A stretch of 64,000 nt of DNA from Gammaproteobacteria bacterium (GTDB taxonomy: Bacteria > Pseudomonadota > Gammaproteobacteria > Burkholderiales > Gallionellaceae), in NCBI GenBank assembly GCA_018820925.1, contig JAHJNJ010000017.1, positions 8,064 to 72,063 of the forward strand, written 5' to 3'. Positions 58,659 to 64,000 of the stretch are shown here, in pieces (positions within the stretch are counted from its first letter, which is position 1; every line of letters begins with the position of its first letter). Both the position numbers and the translations under genes were made by a program. The notes beneath the pieces are model-generated. The model searched no databases. It was not told where the DNA came from and saw only the letters and a program-made list of their open reading frames with translations.

Positions 58659-59043
58659 GCCAATCAGTCTAGCAGAACATGCAAAGGGGGCGTACGGGTG
58701 AACTTCGCAAGTCCCCTTGCGCCAAGCCAGCCCGCTTCACGCGCATGTCCTGCCCTCCTCCCTTGGCTGCATCCGTAAACACCTGTCACACACCTGTAAT
58801 AATCCGCCTCTCCCGCATTCATTTAACAGCTTGTTGTATAAAGTTTTTCCGGTTTTTGCCGATTAAATTACCCATAAACCCTCAATGGTTCTGGCGCAAG
58901 AAAAAATATTATCGACACGTATCCATGGTTTGGGAAAAAGTGTACCTTTACGGAAAATAGTGGCTTCTATTCCTAAAAGAAAAAACTGCAACAAAACAAT
59001 ACGATATTTCGACATACGAAAATTGACCCGGGGTGAGGTTGAT

Positions 59044-60669
59044 GTGTTCGCGAATTTTCTCAATGCATGCCGTTGTTCCATTCAGTTCAAACTGTTCCTG
59101 TCTTTGACAGTGATCGTTGCGCTGAGCCTGACGGCCATCCTGGCCAGCCAGGTATATCTGGTGCAGGACTATTTCATTCGCCAGGCGGAATCGAATCTGC
59201 GCAGCAGCAACTATTTGTTGAGCCGCGTTCTGGCTGACCCCCTGTTTGCACACGATTTGGTGCAATTGCAGACCCGGTTGCAGGATATCCAGACCAAACT
59301 GCCTATCTGCAATTTTCAACTGAAGGACAATATCGGATCGGTTGTATACAAGGTTGGGAATGTACGCGCACGGGCCGATACCGAATTCAATCCGGACAAC
59401 CGCGACGGCTGCTATAACACGATTCTTCCCGTGATGTACGGCGACAAACTGATGGGTACAGTGCGCATGGGCGTGCGCACCGACGACATAGCGCAAGCCA
59501 GAAAAAAACTGATTCAGGAGAGTATGTTTTTCGCCTTGTTCTGGTTTGCCCTGTTCATGTTGCCTTTTTTTGTGCAAATCCGCCGCCTGATTCGACCATT
59601 AGCCTCCTTGAATGAAGCCGCAAAGCAATTCACCAATGGCAACCTTGAGTATTCATCGACGTTGCTTGTTCCAGGGAAAGACGAGATCTCGCAGTTAATC
59701 GTCAGTTTCAAGGGAATGGCCGAGACGCTGATCCGCAACCGCAAAGAACAAGCCGCCAACCTGGCTGCGCTCGACAATGAAAAATCAACCCTGTTCGCGT
59801 TGCTGTCCACCATACCGGTCGGCGTGATCTTTGCCGACCGCAGCCATATCCGCTATTGCAACAATGCATTCCGTCGCATGTGTCTGCTCAGTGCAAATGA
59901 AGACTTGGTCGGCATGAAGAATGACGCGATGCTGTTGCGCATAGGACAGATCGTGGCCGACGCGGATTTGTTTATCAAACTGATCGCCGAAATGCTGGAG
60001 ACCAGAAAACTGACCGAACCCATTTATTTCGCGTTGAAAGACGGCCGTACGCTGCGCCTGATTTCCAATGTCGTCATCGCGCCGGAAAACAACGGCTACC
60101 TGGGCCGTTTCTGGTTGTTCGAAGACGTAACCGAGGAGCAGAAAATCCTGCAGGAGGCCGAACAGCATGCAGAAGTCGACTCACTGACCTCGATCTACAA
60201 CCGTCGGCGCTTCGATCAGGACTTGAAGCGACTTATCGCCCAGGCAGATCGGGACCATTCGCAACTCGCCCTGCTGATGTTCGATCTGGATGACTTCAAG
60301 CCCATCAACGACCTGTATGGCCACGCCTGCGGTGACAAAGTGCTCAGGCAGGTCGCGCAAACCCTGTTACAGCAATTGCGCCGCAACGAAGTACTGTACC
60401 GGATAGGCGGGGACGAATTCGCCGTATTGCTGGTCAATGCAAGCGATGAAGAGATGGCAATTATTGCGGAACGTATCGTGCACACGATCCACTCCCTCGA
60501 AGTCGAATGCAGCGGCGAATTGGCAAACGTCGGTTGCAGCATGGGCATTGCGCGTTATCCGCGCGATGCGAATTCGATCCAGAGCCTGCTGGAACTCGCC
60601 GATCATGCAATGTACGAGGCGAAACAGCAGGGCAAGAATGACTGGGTGTTGCATCACACCAGAAAATAA
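59044..60669 (+). CDS. HAMP-PAS-GGDEF diguanylate cyclase
   Basis: Two TMs, HAMP (RPLASL..DEISQL), DSLTSIYNRR, RIGGDEF; likely GTG start at 59044. Confidence 0.85.
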   Translation: MFANFLNACRCSIQFKLFLSLTVIVALSLTAILASQVYLVQDYFIRQAESNLRSSNYLLSRVLADPLFAHDLVQLQTRLQDIQTKLPICNFQLKDNIGSVVYKVGNVRARADTEFNPDNRDGCYNTILPVMYGDKLMGTVRMGVRTDDIAQARKKLIQESMFFALFWFALFMLPFFVQIRRLIRPLASLNEAAKQFTNGNLEYSSTLLVPGKDEISQLIVSFKGMAETLIRNRKEQAANLAALDNEKSTLFALLSTIPVGVIFADRSHIRYCNNAFRRMCLLSANEDLVGMKNDAMLLRIGQIVADADLFIKLIAEMLETRKLTEPIYFALKDGRTLRLISNVVIAPENNGYLGRFWLFEDVTEEQKILQEAEQHAEVDSLTSIYNRRRFDQDLKRLIAQADRDHSQLALLMFDLDDFKPINDLYGHACGDKVLRQVAQTLLQQLRRNEVLYRIGGDEFAVLLVNASDEEMAIIAERIVHTIHSLEVECSGELANVGCSMGIARYPRDANSIQSLLELADHAMYEAKQQGKNDWVLHHTRK

Positions 60670-60683
60670 GCCGCAACCAGAAG

Positions 60684-60715
60684 AAAGAAGGCGACCTGCC
60701 GGTCGCCTTCTTTTT
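60684..60715. terminator. Bidirectional terminator
   Basis: AAAGAAGGCGACC-tgcc-GGTCGCCTTCTTT, 13-bp perfect stem between convergent genes. Confidence 0.85.
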
Positions 60716-60745
60716 ATGCCACACGAACGCTCGCCAAATTGACCT

Positions 60746-62590
60746 TCATTCCAGGCTCATCTCCATTTCCAGCCAGGTTTCCTCGAGTTCCGCCACTTTG
60801 CTTTCCAGCACCTCGCGCCGTGCATTCAAATCGGCGATGAAATCGCTGCTGCAATCCGCATAGGTAGACGGGTCGCCCAGTTGGCGAATGATTCCGCTCA
60901 ATTCGGTTTGCACCTTGCCCAATTCGGTTTCCAGCCTGGCCAGTCTGGATTGCAGCGCTTTCCGGTTTGGCCTGGGTGCTGCGGGCGGGCGCGGTTTGTC
61001 TGCCTTGACCTGAACGGTCTCGCGGCGGCGCCGGGTTTCAATCCATTCCTTGTAGTCTTCCAGATCGCCGTCGAACAATTTGGCGCTGCTGTCGGCGACC
61101 AGCCACAGTTCATCCGCCACCGCGCGTATCAGGCTGCGATCGTGGGATACCAGCACCACCGCACCGGTGTACTCCTCCAGCGCCAGCGTCAGCGCGTCGC
61201 GCATGTCCAGGTCGAGATGGTTGGTGGGTTCGTCGAGCAGCAACAGATGGGGCTTCTGCCAGGCCAGCAGCGCGAGCGCCAGACGGCTTTTTTCCCCGCC
61301 GGAAAAACTCTCCACCGGACGCTCCTCGCTGTTGCCCGCCAGCCCGAAACGGCCGAGAAAGGTGCGCAACGTCAGCGCGGTTTCCCTGGGTGCCAGCCGT
61401 TCCATGTGTTGCAGCGGTGTGGCCGTGCTGTCGAGGTTTTCCAACTGATGCTGGGCGAAATAGCCGATGCGAATATCCGGGGTTATTTCCAGTTTACCCG
61501 AGGTGGGTTTGAGTTCGCCAACCAGCAATTTGATTAACGTGGATTTGCCCGCGCCGTTCGGGCCCAGCAACGCGATGCGCGCACCGGCACGCAGGTTGAG
61601 TTCGACTTTTTCAAACAGCTTCTTGTCGCCGTACGCAAAGCCCATTCCTTCCGTGCGCAGGAGCAGGTCAGGGCTGCGTTCCGGCGCTTCGATCTCCAGT
61701 TCGAAGTGGCCGTCGCTGACATGCGCGGGGGCGATGCGCGTCAGACGCTCCAGCGCCTTGACGCGGCTTTGCGCCTGCTTGGCCTTGGTGGCCTTGGCAC
61801 GAAAGCGGCGCACGAAATCTTCCAGATGGGCGATCCTGGCTTGCTGGGTCTGGAAGGCCTGATTCTGCAATGCAATGCGCTCGGCACGCGCACGCTCGAA
61901 ATCGTCGTAGTCGCCCGCATAGCTGTCGATCACGCAATCATGCACGTGGGCAATGCGATTGACGGTCGCGTTGAGGAATTCGCGGTCATGCGAGACCAGC
62001 AAAATACTGCCGGGATAACGCGCCAGATATTGCTCCAGCCAGATGATGGCTTCGAGGTCGAGGTGGTTGGTGGGTTCGTCGAGCAGCAGCAGGTCGGCGC
62101 GGTGCATCAGCGCGCGCGCCAGATTGAGGCGCATGCGCCAACCGCCGGAAAAGCTGCTGACGGGGCGCTGCAGCGTGTCGGCCTCGAAGCCCAGGCCGCT
62201 CAGCAGTTGTGCGGCGCGCGCCGGGGCGCCGTAGCCGTCGATGGACTCGAAGTGCTGCTGCGCCTCGAACCAGGCCGCGTCGTGCTGTTCCTGCGCCAGT
62301 GTCATTTCCAGTTGGCGCAATTGGGCGTCGCCGTCCAGCACAAACTCCAGCGCAGGCTGCGCGGAATTGGCGATTTCCTGTTCCACGTAGCCCAGCGTCT
62401 TGCCGCTTTGCAGCGAGACTTCGCCGCCGTCGCATTTGATCTCGCCGCGAATCAGGCGGAACAGCGTGGATTTGCCGCAGCCGTTCTTGCCGACCAGCCC
62501 GATGCGCTGGTTTGCGAAGGCTTGCAGATTTGCGGATTGGAAGAGGGGAATGCCACCTTGCAGGTACGTCATGTTTTGAATATTCAGCAT
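60746..62590 (-). CDS. ABC-F family ATPase (YheS/Uup-like)
   Basis: Two ABC domains (GKNGCGKST, GPNGAGKST), FSGG signatures, LLDEPTNHLD twice, C-terminal coiled coil. Confidence 0.93.
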   Translation of the reverse strand: MLNIQNMTYLQGGIPLFQSANLQAFANQRIGLVGKNGCGKSTLFRLIRGEIKCDGGEVSLQSGKTLGYVEQEIANSAQPALEFVLDGDAQLRQLEMTLAQEQHDAAWFEAQQHFESIDGYGAPARAAQLLSGLGFEADTLQRPVSSFSGGWRMRLNLARALMHRADLLLLDEPTNHLDLEAIIWLEQYLARYPGSILLVSHDREFLNATVNRIAHVHDCVIDSYAGDYDDFERARAERIALQNQAFQTQQARIAHLEDFVRRFRAKATKAKQAQSRVKALERLTRIAPAHVSDGHFELEIEAPERSPDLLLRTEGMGFAYGDKKLFEKVELNLRAGARIALLGPNGAGKSTLIKLLVGELKPTSGKLEITPDIRIGYFAQHQLENLDSTATPLQHMERLAPRETALTLRTFLGRFGLAGNSEERPVESFSGGEKSRLALALLAWQKPHLLLLDEPTNHLDLDMRDALTLALEEYTGAVVLVSHDRSLIRAVADELWLVADSSAKLFDGDLEDYKEWIETRRRRETVQVKADKPRPPAAPRPNRKALQSRLARLETELGKVQTELSGIIRQLGDPSTYADCSSDFIADLNARREVLESKVAELEETWLEMEMSLE

Positions 62591-62628
62591 GGCGCAATAA
62601 TAACAGAGGGCGTCACCGTCAAGCCTTG

Positions 62629-62658
62629 TTGACACTAACCGACCAACTCACCTACAGT
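62629..62658 (+). promoter_or_regulatory. 18-bp-spacer promoter, copy 4 of 5
   Basis: TTGACA-CTAACCGACCAACTCACC-TACAGT-TCGC...TTGCAAATCCG. Confidence 0.65.
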
Positions 62659-62731
62659 TCGCCCCGCTTGCAAATCCGCCCCGCGCAAATCGAAATCCCA
62701 AACCCACTTTAAATGAAGGAGAACACCAAGC

Positions 62732-63154
62732 ATGTATAACCTGTACAAACCCGAACAACCCGCCGGCCTGATGGACTTCGTGCGTGCCGCCAAGTCCTGC
62801 ATCGTTGAAATCACGCCGGTTGAACTCAAGACCAGGATGGACGCCAACGAAGACCTGGTACTGATTGATGTACGCGAAGCAGCCGAGTTCGAGCATGGCC
62901 ATATCGGCGGCGCACATCTTGTTCCGCGCGGCATCATCGAAGCCGCCGCCGACACCAGCTACCCGAAACACTATGCACCGCTATCCGGCGCCCGCGACCG
63001 GCAGGTCGTTGTCTACTGCGCCACCAGCGGACGCTCAGCCATGGCTGCCGCCGTGTTACAGATGATGGGTTTCAAAAATGTGCTCAATCTCGCCGGAGGC
63101 TATGTACGCTGGGAAGCCGAAGGAATGCCGCAAGTTCACGAAGCGGAATACTAG
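62732..63154 (+). CDS. Rhodanese-like sulfurtransferase
   Basis: LIDVRE, GHIGGA, active-site YCATSGRS, NLAGG; AAGGAG RBS. Confidence 0.9.
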   Translation: MYNLYKPEQPAGLMDFVRAAKSCIVEITPVELKTRMDANEDLVLIDVREAAEFEHGHIGGAHLVPRGIIEAAADTSYPKHYAPLSGARDRQVVVYCATSGRSAMAAAVLQMMGFKNVLNLAGGYVRWEAEGMPQVHEAEY

Positions 63155-63392
63155 GCAACCGGTGGTTCCCGGAAGGGACCACTTCCACTCAATCCTGTCT
63201 TTCCCGCAAACGGGAACGGCAGGTCATCAAACAATCTGCGCACTGCGTAACAGGCAGACCCAAAGTTGCTCGGGCGCATTTTTCCAGAATTTCCGTTTTT
63301 GTGGAAATATCCGCAATTGCAGGGTTTGTGGACTGAATTGCGGGAAGATATCAATTCCCAAAGCCAATACCGCAGCAATTCGCACAACTTCA

Positions 63393-63604
63393 TTGACACC
63401 ACCCTCTCCGCTCACCTAAAGTTCACATCCCTTGCAATTCCGCCGCACGCACATCGCACCGCAAGCATGGTGCGAGGCTCACAGCGGAACCTCCAGAACA
63501 GGATGGCTGGCGCAAGAATCGTTTCCTGCAGCGCCGGAAACATTGCCAGCAGCACAACTTGTTCAGCGAAGGGGTAGCACTTGATTGCAGGACTCACCAG
63601 ACTT
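63393..63604 (+). ncRNA. Promoter plus conserved structured leader/ncRNA candidate (copy B)
   Basis: TTGACA-N18-TAAAGT and co-linear homology with 48404-48612. Confidence 0.55.
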
Positions 63605-63675
63605 CCGTTGCCCGGGCCGGACCTATCTGTGCCTCACGCTGCCCTTTCAGAATCAATCGCAATACAAACCGCTCC

Positions 63676-64000
63676 ATGAAATCGTCCCATTCACGTGGCT
63701 GGACGAGGCTATCCGGTCTTGCCGGGCTGGCGGGTGTCATGGCCCTGTTGTTGCTCAGTCTGGGAAACGAATACCAGGAAGCTGAAAAGCAAGCCCAGTC
63801 CGAGGTGGAAACACTCTCCCGCGTGCTGGAAGAACACGCACTGGCAATCGTGCAACAAGTGGACCTGGTATTGCACGATGTGCAAAGCCACGTGCGCCCG
63901 AATGACATGCGACTGAGGCACATGTCCGGCGATGCCAGCGCCAGGAAGTTTCACGCGTTGCTCAAATCCCATCATGATGACGTGCCGGAATTAAGCCTGC
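63676..64000 (+). CDS. Membrane sensor protein, periplasmic Cache-like N-terminus (partial, runs off window)
   Basis: Manual translation MKSSHSRGW...LAGVMALLLLSL...EEHALAIVQQVDLVL; open to window end. Confidence 0.65.
   Translation, partial: MKSSHSRGWTRLSGLAGLAGVMALLLLSLGNEYQEAEKQAQSEVETLSRVLEEHALAIVQQVDLVLHDVQSHVRPNDMRLRHMSGDASARKFHALLKSHHDDVPELSL

Noticed and set aside
63151-63402. Cys-containing 80-aa minus-strand ORF downstream of rhodanese
   Set aside because: No recognisable motif, and its putative RBS is the reverse of the promoter spacer; cannot be supported.
63412-63597. Small ORFs on either strand across the duplicated leader (e.g. MVRGSQRNLQN..., ...ILAPAILFWR...)
   Set aside because: Similar peptides can be read in both copies, but start codons and stops are not conserved (ATG versus ACG) and base pairing explains the substitutions; not excluded without RNAcode.

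Overview
Core and accessory chromosomal region of a GC-rich betaproteobacterium (probably Gallionellaceae/Nitrosomonadales-like; inferred from gene content). No rRNA, tRNA or CRISPR array seen. Housekeeping blocks: a split dipeptide/oligopeptide-type ABC operon, ygfZ, tadA, bcp, PhoH2, msrB-ispZ-yciI-PpiC, an AcrAB/OprM-type RND pump, djlA, a Ca2+-type P-ATPase plus antiporter, an ABC-F ATPase, three GGDEF proteins and a partial sensor protein. Accessory features: (1) a 15 kb surface-protease island with three paralogous S8-cadherin proteins, a passenger-less autotransporter barrel, a lipoprotein hydrolase and a FecR protein; (2) a DUF6516/HVO_A0114-type TA pair on an apparently leaderless transcript; (3) a transposase-less 1.69 kb element with 47-bp TGT...ACA inverted repeats and a perfect 7-bp target duplication, carrying one AT-rich HEPN-like gene; (4) a promoter plus ~200-nt structured leader present twice (48404, 63393) with compensatory pairing, belonging to a five-copy 18-bp-spacer promoter class; (5) an orphan Rz/Rz1-like spanin pair behind a glycoside-hydrolase lipoprotein; (6) a papain-like protease/PLD pair; (7) several REP-like repeat families. 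All family assignments are from motif recognition, not database searches.
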